Made by a program: the position numbers and the translations under genes | In this document: piece by piece, positions 9,598-23,200 of the stretch | How positions within the stretch are numbered: the stretch's first letter is position 1 | Layout of the letters: the number at the start of each line of letters is the position of its first letter | Source of the DNA: an uncultured Gemmatimonadales bacterium | GTDB taxonomy: Bacteria > Gemmatimonadota > Gemmatimonadetes > Gemmatimonadales > GWC2-71-9 | Direction: 5' to 3' | DNA: 64,000 nucleotides | Assembly (NCBI GenBank): GCA_963779755.1 | Contig: CAVZZO010000003.1 | Coordinates: forward strand, 1,280,001-1,344,000 | The notes under the pieces: generated by a model | What the model saw: only the letters and a program-made list of their open reading frames with translations | What the model was told of the DNA's origin: nothing | Databases searched by the model: none

Positions 9598-10470
9598 ATG
9601 CGCGAGACCGGCACGGTGGTCATCACCGGAGCCTCGAAGGGCATCGGCCGCTCGGCGGCGCTGCGGCTCGATGAACAGGGCTGGCGGGTGTTCGCGGGCG
9701 TCCGGCGGGATGACGACGGCGATGCGCTCCGCGCCGAGGCCTCGGCCCGCCTGACGCCGCTGCTGCTGGATGTGGCCAGCCGGTCGTCGCTGCAGGCGGC
9801 GGTAGCACTCGTGGAACAGGCGGTGGGTCAGGAGGGACTGCAGGGCCTGGTCAACAATGCCGGGATCGTCGTTCCGGGCCCGCTCGAGTTCCTGCCGGTG
9901 GACGATCTCCGGCTGCAGCTGGAGGTGAACGTGATCGGGCTCGCCGCCACGACCCAGGCCTTCCTGCCGGCGCTGCGGCGCGGCAAGGGCCGCATCGTGA
10001 ATGTGGGCTCGATCAACGGCCGGTTGGCGGTACCGTTCACCGGCGCCTATTGCGCCTCCAAGCATGCGCTCGAAGCCTACAGCGACAGCCTCCGCATGGA
10101 GCTGCGGCCCTGGGCCATCGACGTCTCCCTGATTCAGCCCGGCGCCGTGGCCACGCCTATCTGGGACACCTCGCGGGCGCGCGTACGCGAGATCGCCCGG
10201 CAGATGCCGGAAGCCGCCACGCGACTCTACGGACGCATCATCGAGCGAGCACTCCGGGATCAGGGCCCCCCGGCCCACGCCGTGCCTCCTGAAGCCGTGG
10301 CCCGGGTCATCGAACGGGCGCTGCTGAGCCCCCGCCCCCGGGCGCGCTATCCGCTGGGACGGGACACCCGGCTGGGGCTCCTGCTGGCGCGGTTGCCCGA
10401 CCGGCTCCGCGACTTCATCCTGGTCCGCCGTCGCCGCGGCTGGCGCCACCCGGAGCCCCCCGGGGCGTGA
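9598..10470 (+). CDS. Short-chain dehydrogenase/reductase (SDR)
   Basis: TGASKGIG, LVNNAG, YCASK. Confidence 0.93.
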   Translation: MRETGTVVITGASKGIGRSAALRLDEQGWRVFAGVRRDDDGDALRAEASARLTPLLLDVASRSSLQAAVALVEQAVGQEGLQGLVNNAGIVVPGPLEFLPVDDLRLQLEVNVIGLAATTQAFLPALRRGKGRIVNVGSINGRLAVPFTGAYCASKHALEAYSDSLRMELRPWAIDVSLIQPGAVATPIWDTSRARVREIARQMPEAATRLYGRIIERALRDQGPPAHAVPPEAVARVIERALLSPRPRARYPLGRDTRLGLLLARLPDRLRDFILVRRRRGWRHPEPPGA

Positions 10471-10561
10471 CCATCGCCAGACCTGCTGCAACTTGCGGGG
10501 TGGCCGGGCGGTCGCCCCGTTTTTCTTGTCCGTAAGCTGCGCTCCTGCAATGCGTTATCCA

Positions 10562-10577
10562 TGGCCCGCCAGTTGCT
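10562..10577 (+). promoter_or_regulatory. Sigma54 (-24/-12) promoter candidate
   Basis: TGGCCC-GCCAG-TTGCT, GG-N10-GC spacing, about 70 bp upstream of ATG 10646. Confidence 0.6.
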
Positions 10578-10645
10578 CAGAAACGGGGTAGAACAACCGC
10601 CGCCAAGCGGTGGCCTTCTGCCTCACGGCCGTGGATGGAGCCGCC

Positions 10646-12580
<1,935 letters not shown>

Positions 12581-12603
12581 CCCGTCAGTCGAACGGACGC
12601 ACC

Positions 12604-12635
12604 CGAGGGCGGCCTTGCGGCCGCCCTCGTCTTTT
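12604..12635 (+). terminator. Rho-independent terminator
   Basis: CGAGGGCGGCC-ttgc-GGCCGCCCTCG-TCTTTT. Confidence 0.8.
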
Positions 12636-12652
12636 GTGGCGTCGGCGAAGCG

Positions 12653-12668
12653 CGTGACAGGCCTCACG
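12653..12668. promoter_or_regulatory. CRP-like palindrome upstream of the csbD-like gene
   Basis: CGTGA-CAGGCC-TCACG (8/10 match, symmetric). Confidence 0.4.
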
Positions 12669-12735
12669 GCACCGGCGCGATCGGAACGGTTATCGAGAAG
12701 GGAGCTTCGAGTACACTTTAGAGGAGGTTACGCCC

Positions 12736-12933
12736 ATGAACTGGGATAAGATCGAAGGCAACTGGAAGCAGGTCAAAGGTAAAGCTCGCGAGCGCTGGGG
12801 CAAGCTCACCGACGACGACCTCGACGTCGTGGGCGGCAAGAAGGATCAGCTGGTGGGACGCCTCCAGGAGCGGTACGGCATCGCCAAGGACGAGGCTGAG
12901 CGGCAGGTCGACGAGTTCCAGCGCGAGGTGTAG
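12736..12933 (+). CDS. CsbD/YjbJ family stress protein
   Basis: MNWDKIEGNWKQVKGKARERWGKLTDDDL. Confidence 0.95.
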   Translation: MNWDKIEGNWKQVKGKARERWGKLTDDDLDVVGGKKDQLVGRLQERYGIAKDEAERQVDEFQREV

Positions 12934-13014
12934 TTCCCGGCAGTCTGCTCCCCCTGGATTCCAGACCTGGGTCCGCCGGCCGACCGGCAGGACCCGCAAC
13001 ACTCGGAGGTGCGT

Positions 13015-13188
13015 ATGCTGGGCTGGGCTTTCTTCTTTCTGATCATTGCGCTGGTCGCGGCGCTGTTCGGCTTCGGCGGGATCGCCGTGGCCGCCGCGGG
13101 AATCGCAAAGGTGCTGTTCTGGATATTCCTGGTGATCTTCGTGCTGATGCTGATCTTCGGCTTGAGCTCGAGGCGAAAGATCACCTAG
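13015..13188 (+). CDS. DUF1328 (YtjA-like) small membrane protein, 57 aa
   Basis: Below the ORF-track cutoff; [46 protein letters not shown]. Confidence 0.93.
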   Translation: MLGWAFFFLIIALVAALFGFGGIAVAAAGIAKVLFWIFLVIFVLMLIFGLSSRRKIT

Positions 13189-13207
13189 ACGGGCCCGGAA
13201 CACCCCC

Positions 13208-13284
13208 CTCGGCCCCCTCGACCGTCTCAACCCTCCCGACTGCGCAGCTATGTCGAGGGAGTCGGGACGGCTGAGGGGGCCGAG
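13208..13284. repeat. REP-like long imperfect hairpin between convergent genes
   Basis: CTCGGCCCCCTC...GAGGGGGCCGAG; the first 16 nt (CTCGGCCCCCTCGACC) are identical to 47420-47435. Confidence 0.65.
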
Positions 13285-13295
13285 TTCCAGCGCGC

Positions 13296-14750
13296 CTACA
13301 GATACGGCGCCGCCAACCGCGCCAGGCCGTCTCGGAGACGGATCAGCAGGCTTCGCGCATCCAGCTCCGCCAGGCTGACGCGACGGCCCTTGCGGATGCG
13401 CTGCTCCACCAGCTGCTCCAGGCCGGCCGCGAAGGCCGGGTCGTGGCATTCGATGTCGAACTCGAAGTTGAGCCGCAGGCTCCGCGCATCCCAGTTACTG
13501 GACCCGATCATGCACCAGGCGCCGTCAACCACCATCAGCTTGGTATGGTCGAACGGCGGCTGACTGTAGAAGATCCGGCAGCCGTGTTCCAGCACCTGCC
13601 ACAGCTGGGCGGTGGAGGCCCACTGCACCAGGGCCAGATTGTTCTTCTCGGGCAGAACGATATCGATCCGGACGCCGCGCATGGCGGCAATACCCAGGGC
13701 CGAGACCAGCGCCGCATCCGGCAGAAAATAGGGCGTGACGATGCGCACCGAGTCGCGCGCGCAGGCGAGGGCGCCGAGCAGGGTGTGCCGCGCCTTGTCG
13801 AAATCTTCGTCCGGGCCGTCGGTAATCCCCCGCGCCAGCACCGGACCGCGAGGCTCCAGCGCGGGATACCACTCCGGTCCCGCCAGCACTTCTCGCCGGG
13901 CGAACAACCAGTCCTCGGCAAATGCCTGCATCAGGTGCGCCACGACCGGCCCGTCGATCCGGAAGTGCAGGTCCTGGATGGGATGGGGCGGCCGGCTCTC
14001 CAGCAGGCAGCCCTCCCGGATGTTCATCCCCCCGGCAAAGCCGATCCTGCCATCCACCACCAGCAGTTTCCGATGGTTGCGCAGGTTCATGTACGGCATG
14101 CGCCAGGGCAGCAGTGTCGGGCCGAAGCGCGCCACCGGAATCCCCCGCCGGTGCAGCGTGCGCACCATCGAGGGAAAGGAGTATCGCGCCCCGACCGCAT
14201 CCACCAGCACCCGGACCGTCACACCCCGCTCGACCGCGGCGGAAAGCGCCTGTTCGAAGAGCCGGCCGGCCCGGTCATGGCCAATGATGTAGGTGCTGAG
14301 CGCCACGGTGCGTTGCGCAGCCGCGATGGCCTCCACCATGGCCGGATACGCGGCATCGCCGTTCACCAGGGGCTGGATCCGGTTTCCGCGCAGCAAGGGG
14401 CGCCCGGAGGCACGCTCCACCAGCCGGGCCAGCGCACGCAGGTGCTCCGGCTGGTCCGGCAGCACGGCCGCACCCTCCGGCGGCGCGGGCAGACGGAACT
14501 CCCCGGTTGCCCCCATCCGGAGCCGCCGCCCACCGGCCGCCCGCCGGCGTACCCGGTTGATTCCGAAGATCAGGTACAGAAACGCGCCCAGCACCGGTGC
14601 CAGGATGATCAGGCCGGCCCAGGCCACCGCGGCCCGGCTGTCGCGCTTGTAGAGCACCACATGGCCGACGGCGAGCCCCGCCAGCACCAGGCTGAGCGAG
14701 GCGGCAACATAGGGCCAGATATCGGCCAGCAGGATCAGGAGGGTGTCCAC
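13296..14750 (-). CDS. cls: Cardiolipin synthase (PLD family)
   Basis: Two HKD motifs (NHRKLLVVDG, HTKLMVVDG), N-terminal TM hairpin, GSSNWDARSLRLNFE. Confidence 0.92.
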   Translation of the reverse strand: MDTLLILLADIWPYVAASLSLVLAGLAVGHVVLYKRDSRAAVAWAGLIILAPVLGAFLYLIFGINRVRRRAAGGRRLRMGATGEFRLPAPPEGAAVLPDQPEHLRALARLVERASGRPLLRGNRIQPLVNGDAAYPAMVEAIAAAQRTVALSTYIIGHDRAGRLFEQALSAAVERGVTVRVLVDAVGARYSFPSMVRTLHRRGIPVARFGPTLLPWRMPYMNLRNHRKLLVVDGRIGFAGGMNIREGCLLESRPPHPIQDLHFRIDGPVVAHLMQAFAEDWLFARREVLAGPEWYPALEPRGPVLARGITDGPDEDFDKARHTLLGALACARDSVRIVTPYFLPDAALVSALGIAAMRGVRIDIVLPEKNNLALVQWASTAQLWQVLEHGCRIFYSQPPFDHTKLMVVDGAWCMIGSSNWDARSLRLNFEFDIECHDPAFAAGLEQLVEQRIRKGRRVSLAELDARSLLIRLRDGLARLAAPYL

Positions 14751-14789
14751 TGAGCGTCAAAGATAGCGCCGACACCGGGGGAGGGACGC

Positions 14790-15775
14790 TCAGAGCCGGA
14801 GGGTTTCACCATGACGCAGCACCCGCAACCGGCCTGGGTCATGGCCCAGCGCCTGCCATGCCTGCCGCACCCGGCGGGGGGGCTCGTCCATCGGCTCGTC
14901 GGTCAGGCGGAAGGTGCCCCAGTGGATCGGCAGCATCACTGGTATCTCTCCACTCCCGGCGGCCAGCGCGGTACAGGCCTGCACCGCCTCGTCCGGGTCC
15001 ATGTGCACCGGCCGCATGAACCAGCGGGGCTCATAGGCTCCGATCGGCAGCAGCGCCAGGTCGAAGGGGCCCGCGCGCGCCGCGACCCGCGGAAATTCCG
15101 GATACCAGCCGCTGTCGCCCGCAAAGAAGACCCGGTAGCCCGCGACGGCGAGCGCCCAGCCCGACCACAACGAGCGGTTGCGGTCGAACGGCGTCCGGGC
15201 GCTGAAGTGGGCCGCCGGCGTGCAGGTCAGCTGCGCTCCCGCCACTGAGCGGCTCTCCCACCAGTCGCATTCTTCCACCAGCGTCACCCCCAGCTTCCGC
15301 AGCAGGGCGCCCAGCCCCAGCGGTACCATCCAGGTGGCCGCGGGCCAGCGCCGCACCAGCCCGCGCACGCTGGGCGCGTCGAGATGGTCGTAATGGTTGT
15401 GCGACAGAAGCACCAGATCGAGCGGGGGGACTTCGCCCATCCGGATGCCCGGCGGTACCCAGCGCCGGGGCCCCAGGAACGATACCGGTGAGGCCCGGTC
15501 GCTGAAGATCGGATCGGTCAGGATGTTGAGGCCACCGACCTGGAGTAGCACGGTCGAATGCCCCACCCAGGTGGCCAGCAACTCGCCTGCCGGCGCCCGG
15601 GGCGAGGCCACCGCCGGCGCCACCCGCTCGAATACGGAAGGGTCGGGCTGCGTGGGCTGCGGCCGGGTGAGCCGTTGCCAGGTCCAGCGCACCATGCCGC
15701 CGCCCCGCTGCTCGCTCCGGAACCAGGGATTGCGGAAGGTCCCGTCCGCCGTTCGATGATTGCCTCCCGCTTCGC

Positions 15776-15779
<4 letters not shown>
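14790..15779 (-). CDS. MBL-fold metallohydrolase (NAPE-PLD-like)
   Basis: [51 protein letters not shown] overlaps the upstream stop. Confidence 0.88.
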
Positions 15780-16768
<989 letters not shown>

Positions 16769-16831
16769 ATGTGGAACTCCTTTCCATTCTCGACCCCTCT
16801 TCGACCGGCCGAGTGGCGGAGGGGTCAAGGA

Positions 16832-18082
16832 TCAAGTCATGACAATTTCCAGTCTCCCGTGCGCGGCACGAAGCGCGTCCTCCACCTCATCCGCGGTGTC
16901 GCCCCGCGCAAAGATGAAGCCGAGGTACTTCGATTCCTCGGGCAGAGTGGCGAAGCGCTGGCCCGGGTGCGCGGTCATGGTCACGCCCCTGATGCGCGGT
17001 ACCTCCAGCGCGGCCGCCACCCCGCGCGCCTCCCGGAACACCCCGGGGCGGGGGATGGGGATCATCATCACGCCGGAGGCCACGGCTTCGCGCTCCGGAA
17101 CCCGGGGCAAGCGGCCCAGCGCGGCGGCGAGCACCACCTCTTCCAGCGACTGCTCGCCCCCCGGCCCGAAGCGGAGGCTCTCGCCGCAGCGTCCGCCGAT
17201 CGGCCGGGCCGCGAGCTCGATCAGCCAGGGCCCGGCACGGTGCCAGCGCAGCTCGGCATGGACCGGCCCGTCCCGCAGGCCCAGTACCGCCGCGGCCCGC
17301 GCCGCGCAGGCGAGGATCGCCTCCTGGACGGCCGGTGGATGCCGCGACGGGGTGACGTAAATGGTCTCTTCGAAGAACGGGCCCGACATGTCGTCCGGCT
17401 TGTCGAAGAGGGCGAGCAGGTGCAGGCGCTCCTCCAGCAGCAGCCCCTCGAGCGCCACTTCGAAGCCGGGCACGTAGCGTTCGATCAGGAGGTCGTGCCG
17501 GAGCCCGTGCCGCCGGCGCAAGTCGGGACTGTCCAGAATGCGCCGGGCGCGCTGCACCGCGGCCGACAGTTCGGCCGGCGTGTCCGCCCGGATAACCCCG
17601 CGGCTGGCCGAGAGTTCCACCGGCTTCACCACACAGGGATATTCGGCAGCGGCGGCGATCGCTTCAACGTCCTCCGTCACACCCAGCAGGGTGAAATCCG
17701 GCACCGGCACGGCCGCTTCGCGCAGGAGACGGCGCTGCAGCAGCTTGTCCCCCGCCGCGCGCATCGCCTCCACCGGGTTGTGCGGCAGGCCCAGCGCCGC
17801 CGCGATCCGCGCCGCCAGCAGCGCCGTTTCGTCGTCCACGCCCACGACCGCCGCGATGGGATATTGCGCGGCGAAGCGGCGAGCCTGGGCTTCCGCCCGG
17901 CCGGGATTCCCGAAGTCGAGGGTCAGCAGATTGGCGGGCTGGGCCTGGAGCAGCGCGCTATCGTGCTCGGAGGCGACGGTGAGCTCGGCGCCCAGGCGGC
18001 GCGCGCCGTCAACAAACGCGGCCGCCCGGTAGGTGGTGGTGGGGAGGACGAGGAGAAGACGCGGAACCGGCACGGACCGCAT
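16832..18082 (-). CDS. ATP-grasp domain ligase (amino-acid/peptide ligase-like)
   Basis: GDKLLQRR, YPCVVKP..LSASRGVIRA, LIERYVPGFEVALEG, GPVHAELR, IELAARPIGG. Confidence 0.88.
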   Translation of the reverse strand: MRSVPVPRLLLVLPTTTYRAAAFVDGARRLGAELTVASEHDSALLQAQPANLLTLDFGNPGRAEAQARRFAAQYPIAAVVGVDDETALLAARIAAALGLPHNPVEAMRAAGDKLLQRRLLREAAVPVPDFTLLGVTEDVEAIAAAAEYPCVVKPVELSASRGVIRADTPAELSAAVQRARRILDSPDLRRRHGLRHDLLIERYVPGFEVALEGLLLEERLHLLALFDKPDDMSGPFFEETIYVTPSRHPPAVQEAILACAARAAAVLGLRDGPVHAELRWHRAGPWLIELAARPIGGRCGESLRFGPGGEQSLEEVVLAAALGRLPRVPEREAVASGVMMIPIPRPGVFREARGVAAALEVPRIRGVTMTAHPGQRFATLPEESKYLGFIFARGDTADEVEDALRAAHGRLEIVMT

Positions 18083-18093
18083 CCGGGAGGGCG

Positions 18094-18687
18094 CTACTTG
18101 GTGGCGGCGCTGAAGAAGGGGCGCGTCCCCGAGGCGTGGTCGGTGAGATCGGTGAGCCCCCGCAGCGATGGAATCACCCGGCGGAGGGAGGCCTCGATGC
18201 CCTGCCGCAGCGTCACCGAGGCCATGCCGCAGCCCTGGCAACCGCCGCTCAGCCGTACCAGCACGTTACCCTCCTGCACGTCCACCAGCTCGACGGCCCC
18301 GCCGTGGCGCGCGACCGCCGGGTTGATTTCCCGCTCCAGCAGGAGAGAGACCTGTTCGTACATGGCGTCGTCGTCCAGCGTGGCCGGTGCCGGCGGGGGC
18401 GGCGGCGCCTCCTGCCGGGCCAGCGCCATGCCCAGGGCATAGCGCACCCGCGGCTCCAGCACCACCCACGAAGGAGCCCCCTCGCTCTTCCGGATCATCA
18501 AGGCGCCGTCCTCGAGGCTGATCTCGCAGACGCCGGGCACGCTGAACACCGCCTCGGCGAGCGGGAAACCGGCGGCCTCATCAGGATGACTGAAGCGGCG
18601 GGGCGGCCCGGCGAGCGGAGGAGTCACGAAGAAGCGGCAGCGATGCTCGTCCAGCGGCTCGGCGACAATGGTGAGATCCTGCGTCAT
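18094..18687 (-). CDS. NifU/NfuA-like Fe-S carrier protein
   Basis: N-terminal scaffold-like domain, INPAVARHGG, GGCQGCG, DLTDHASG..PF. Confidence 0.88.
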   Translation of the reverse strand: MTQDLTIVAEPLDEHRCRFFVTPPLAGPPRRFSHPDEAAGFPLAEAVFSVPGVCEISLEDGALMIRKSEGAPSWVVLEPRVRYALGMALARQEAPPPPPAPATLDDDAMYEQVSLLLEREINPAVARHGGAVELVDVQEGNVLVRLSGGCQGCGMASVTLRQGIEASLRRVIPSLRGLTDLTDHASGTRPFFSAATK

Positions 18688-18717
18688 GGCAGGAGTCTAA
18701 CGGCGGGTGACGGCAGA

Positions 18718-19395
18718 TCAAGCATGGATCACCCGTTCCAGCCAGTCGCTCACGGTGTCCAGCACCTCGGTGCGCACCTCCGCGCCGGTGCGGCCGGACC
18801 GCTTGCGCACGCCGAAGCCGTGGTCGGCCTCGTCCACCTGGTGCAGGGTACAGGACGGGCCCAGGTGCCAGCAGACCCGCTGGATCAGCGCCAGGTCGGC
18901 CAGTGCATCGCGGGTGCCCTGTATGAAGAGCATCGGCAGGCCCACCCGGGGCAGGTGCTCCGCCCGGCTGTCGCCCGGTTTGCCGGCCTGGTGCAGCGGA
19001 AAGCCGAGAAACACGAGCCCCCGCACTTCAGGCAGCGGGTCGGTGGCCGCCGCCAGCGAGGTCATCCGTCCGCCCATGGACTTGCCGCCGGCGATCAGCG
19101 GCAGCCCGGGCCAGCCCGTCCGGGCGATTTGTGCGACCGCCCGCACGGTGGCCTGCAGCACCGGGGCGGGGTCGGGCCGGCGGCGCCCCTGCTCGACGTA
19201 GGGGAACTGGTAGCGCAGGGTGGCGATCCGCCGCTCCGCCAGTCCTTCGGCCATGGCGGTCATGAACGGGTGCTCCATACCGGCGCCCGCCCCCGGAGCC
19301 AGGAGGTACAGCGCCCGGCTTCTCTCCGGCAGGAACAGCAGGCCGGAGACCTCATGGGTTTCGCGCACGACAAAGCGGAGACGCTCCTGGTGCAT
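18718..19395 (-). CDS. Alpha/beta hydrolase (KANL3/Tex30-like)
   Basis: GAGAGM, GGKSMGGR, LGFPLH, QGTRD, ADHGF. Confidence 0.88.
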   Translation of the reverse strand: MHQERLRFVVRETHEVSGLLFLPERSRALYLLAPGAGAGMEHPFMTAMAEGLAERRIATLRYQFPYVEQGRRRPDPAPVLQATVRAVAQIARTGWPGLPLIAGGKSMGGRMTSLAAATDPLPEVRGLVFLGFPLHQAGKPGDSRAEHLPRVGLPMLFIQGTRDALADLALIQRVCWHLGPSCTLHQVDEADHGFGVRKRSGRTGAEVRTEVLDTVSDWLERVIHA

Positions 19396-19584
19396 CGCTC
19401 CCGGGCAGGATAGCAGGGTGGCGCAACCTGGCGGCCTGCAAGGGCCGGCCTGCGGCATCGGCTGCTGGAAAGTATACCCCTGTGAGATGTGCGAGGAGGT
19501 CGGCCGGCAGGGCGCTGCGCAGAGGCAGGCCGCGCCGAGGTTGTCGTCGAGGTGGAAGCGTTGGGGGGTGCGCCTGAGAGAAGC

Positions 19585-20148
19585 TCAGACCCACCAGCTT
19601 ACATCCGCCACCGGCTTGCGGCGCCGCGGCTCGTTCGCGCCCTCGGGATACCCCAGCGAGACGACGGCCACGATCCGGGTTGCCTCCGGCATCCGCACCA
19701 GCTCCTGCAGGTCCGGTTCCCGCAGGATGCCGCCGGTCCGCAGATAGGTCGCCAGGCCTTCGGACTCGGCGGCCAGCAGCAGGTTCTCCAGCGCCATCAT
19801 GGTGGCGGCGTAATCTTCCTCACGCTGGATTTCGTCTTCGCTCAGCTGGCACATGGCCGTGATGAACACCGGCGTATCTCGCGCCTCCTGGCGGACACGC
19901 TCGATGACCTTGCTCGCCTCCGGCGACGCCGGATCGTCGAAGCGCTTCGCCCGGTGGGCCGCCCGGATATCGGCAAAGCGGTCACGCGACTTGCCGGTCA
20001 GCACGGCAAAGCGCCAGGGCTCGGTCAGCTTGTGGTTGGGAGCGCGCACGGCGCAGCCCAGCAGGCGCTCGACCAGCTCGCGGGGAACAGGCTCGGGCCG
20101 GAAACGGCGAACGGAGGTCCGGTGCTCGATGGCGGAGATGGTATCCAT
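19585..20148 (-). CDS. Nitroreductase family protein (YdjA-like)
   Basis: RTSVRRF, RAPNHKLTEPWRF, ENLLLAA..EGL. Confidence 0.9.
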   Translation of the reverse strand: MDTISAIEHRTSVRRFRPEPVPRELVERLLGCAVRAPNHKLTEPWRFAVLTGKSRDRFADIRAAHRAKRFDDPASPEASKVIERVRQEARDTPVFITAMCQLSEDEIQREEDYAATMMALENLLLAAESEGLATYLRTGGILREPDLQELVRMPEATRIVAVVSLGYPEGANEPRRRKPVADVSWWV

Positions 20149-20160
20149 GGGTGGAATGTA

Positions 20161-20218
20161 AGGGACCAGGAACCAGGAATAAGGAATCAGGGTCCCTGGT
20201 CCCTGGTCCCTGGTGCCT
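20161..20218. repeat. Heptamer repeat cassette between divergent promoters
   Basis: GGGACCA/GGAACCA/GGAATAA/GGAATCA followed by (CCCTGGT)x3 in inverted orientation. Confidence 0.75.
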
Positions 20219-20236
20219 GCTTCTATATTTCCCAAG

Positions 20237-23200
20237 ATGGCCCCTGAGCTCTTCCACCCCGCCGTCTCCCGCTGGTTCTCCCGCCGGTTCGGCGCGCCCA
20301 CTCCCGCGCAGCAGCGCGGCTGGGAGGCGATCCGCTCAGGAAGGCACACACTGATCGCCGCCCCGACCGGCTCGGGCAAGACCCTCGCCGCCTTCCTGAG
20401 CGCGCTGGACGATCTCCTGCGCGAGGGGCAGGACGGTCCGCTAGCGGATGAGACCCGGGTGCTCTATGTCTCTCCGCTCAAGGCCCTGACGGCGGATATC
20501 CACTACAACCTGACGGAACCGCGCCGCGAGATCCGCCAGGTGGCCGAGGAGATGGGCGCCGAGCCCGTCCGGATTACCGCCGCCATGCGCACCGGCGACA
20601 CGCCTTCCGCCGCGCGCGCGGCGATGCTGCGCACGCCCCCCCATATCCTGGTCACCACGCCCGAGTCGCTCTACCTGCTGCTCACCGCCGAGCGCAGCCG
20701 CGAAATGCTGCGGACGGTGCGGACCGTCATCGTCGATGAGATCCATGCGGTGATCGAGTCGCGCCGGGGCGCGCATCTGGCCCTTTCGCTCGAACGCCTG
20801 GGCCACATCACGGGACGGGAGCCGCAGCGCATCGGCCTTTCGGCCACGCAGAAGCCCATCGAAGCCGTCGCCGCGTGGCTCACCGGCACCGACGATCCCG
20901 CCGCCTGCGCCATCGTCGACGAAGGGCACCGCCGCGCCCTGGACCTGGGCCTGGAGGTTCCCGGCGCGCCGCTCGAGGCCGTGATGTCCGCCGAGGTGTG
21001 GGAGGAGGTGTATGCCCGGCTGGCCGAGCTGATCGACCAGCACCGGACCACCCTCGTCTTCGTCAACACGCGGCGGCTGGCCGAGCGGGCGGCGCGCCAT
21101 CTGGCCGAACGGCTGGGCGAAGAGGCGGTGACGGCCCACCACGGCAGCCTGTCGAAGGACGTCCGGCTCGACGCGGAGGAGCGGCTCAAGAGCGGCAAGC
21201 TGCGGGCCCTGGTGGCCACCGCTTCGCTGGAACTGGGCATCGACATCGGGCATGTGGACCTGGTCTGCCAGCTGGGCTCGCCCCGGAGGATCTCGACCTT
21301 TCTTCAGCGCGTCGGCCGGGCGGGGCACACCGTGCATGGCACCCCGAAAGGCCGGCTCTTCCCCCTCTCGCGCGACGAGCTGGTGGAATGCACCGCCCTG
21401 CTCCGGGCAACAGGGCGGGGAGACCTGGACCGGCTGGTGATCCCGCCCAAACCCTTCGACGTGCTGGCCCAGCAAGTGGTGGCGGAGACCGCCTGCGAGG
21501 ACTGGCAGGAAGAAGACCTGTTCCAGCTGGCCCGGCGGGCCTGGCCGTATCGCACGCTCACTCGCGAGGAGTTCGCCGAAACGGTGGAGATGACGGCCCA
21601 GGGCTTCTCCACCCGGCGCGGCCGCCGGGGAGCGCTGGTGCATCACGACGCCGTGCATCACCGGCTGCGTGGGCGGCGGGGCGCCAGGCTGCTGGCCCTG
21701 ACCTCGGGCGGAGCCATCCCCGACAACGCCGACTACCGCGTGGTGCTGGAGCCGGAAGGCACCTTCCTCGGCACGCTGAACGAAGACTTCGCCGTGGAAA
21801 GCATGGCCGGCGACGTGTTCCAGCTTGGTAATACCTCGTGGCGCATCCTCCGGATCGAAAGCGGTGTGGTGCGGGTGGAGGATGCCAGGGGCGAGCCGCC
21901 CAGCATTCCCTTCTGGCTGGGCGAGGCACCGGGCCGGAGCGATGAGCTGAGCCTGGAGGTCTCGAGGCTTCGAGCCGACCTGGAGCCCCTGCTGGCCGAT
22001 GAGGAGGCCGCCATCGCATGGCTGCTGGCCGAAACCGGCATCGGGCGGCCGGCGGCGGCGCAGCTGGTGCGCTACCTGGCCGAGGCGCGCCGGCTGCTGG
22101 GAGCCCTGCCGACGCAGGATTGCCTGGTGGCGGAACGGTTCTTCGATGAGGCGGGCGGCATGCAGCTCATCGTACATTCGCCCTTCGGCAGCCGGATGAA
22201 CCGCGCGTGGGGCCTGGCATTACGGAAGCGGTTCTGCCGGCAATTCAATTTCGAGTTGCAGGCGGCCGCCACCGAAGACGGCATCCTGCTGTCACTGGGC
22301 CCGCAGCACTCGTTCCCGCTGGAGGATGTGTTCCGCTTCCTGCAGCCCGAATCGGCCGAGAACATTCTGGTGCAGGCCCTGCTCGACGCCCCCATGTTCG
22401 GGACCCACTGGCGCTGGAATGCGACCATCGCGCTGGCGATCGCCCGCAACCGGGGCGGCCGCAAGGTGGCACCCCAGCTGCAGCGGATGCAGGCGGAAGA
22501 TCTGCTCGCGGCCGTCTTTCCCGACGCCGCCGCCTGCCTGGAGAACATCGCCGGCGACCGCGAGGTGCCCGACCATCTGCTGGCCCGGCAGACCATTGCC
22601 GACTGCCTGCATGAGGTGATGGACATCGACGGCCTTCGCACGGTGCTCGAACGGATCCGCTCGGGCAATGTCCGGCTGGTGGCGCGCGACCTGCCCGAGC
22701 CCTCCACGCTTGCGAGTGAAGTGGTCAATGCCCGGGTGTATGCCTTCCTCGATGACGCGCCGCTGGAAGAGCGCCGGACCCAGGCGGTCTATACCCGGCG
22801 GGCACTGGAGCCCTCGAGCGCGGGCGACCTGGGCGCGCTGGACGTCGCGGCCATCGAGCGCGTGCGGGGTGAAGCGTGGCCCGATCCGCGGGATGCGGAC
22901 GAGATGCACGATGCGTTGCTCACGAGCGGGATCCTCACGACGGCAGGACGGCAGGACGGCAGGGCGGCAGGCGAAGACTGGGCTGCCCTGCTCCAGGAGC
23001 TGCTCGCGACCGGGCGTGCAGGCAGGATGGGCGATCGCTGGTTCGCCACCGAGCGGGTGGAAGAGATCCGTGCGGTGTTTCCGGACGCGGTGATCGAGCC
23101 GCCGGGCCTCACGGCGCCGGGGGACGTGCCCCGGCCCGACCGGCAGTCCGCCGTCAAGGAGTTGGTACGGGGGCAGCTGGAGATCCTGGGCCCGGTAACG

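Noticed and set aside
19400..19580. Intergenic stretch with CCTCCTCGC (HDV-ribozyme loop-like) and an EAL-like QGYTF..P peptide in one frame
   Set aside because: HDV P1/P3 pairings cannot be formed; the peptide similarity is too short to support a pseudogene
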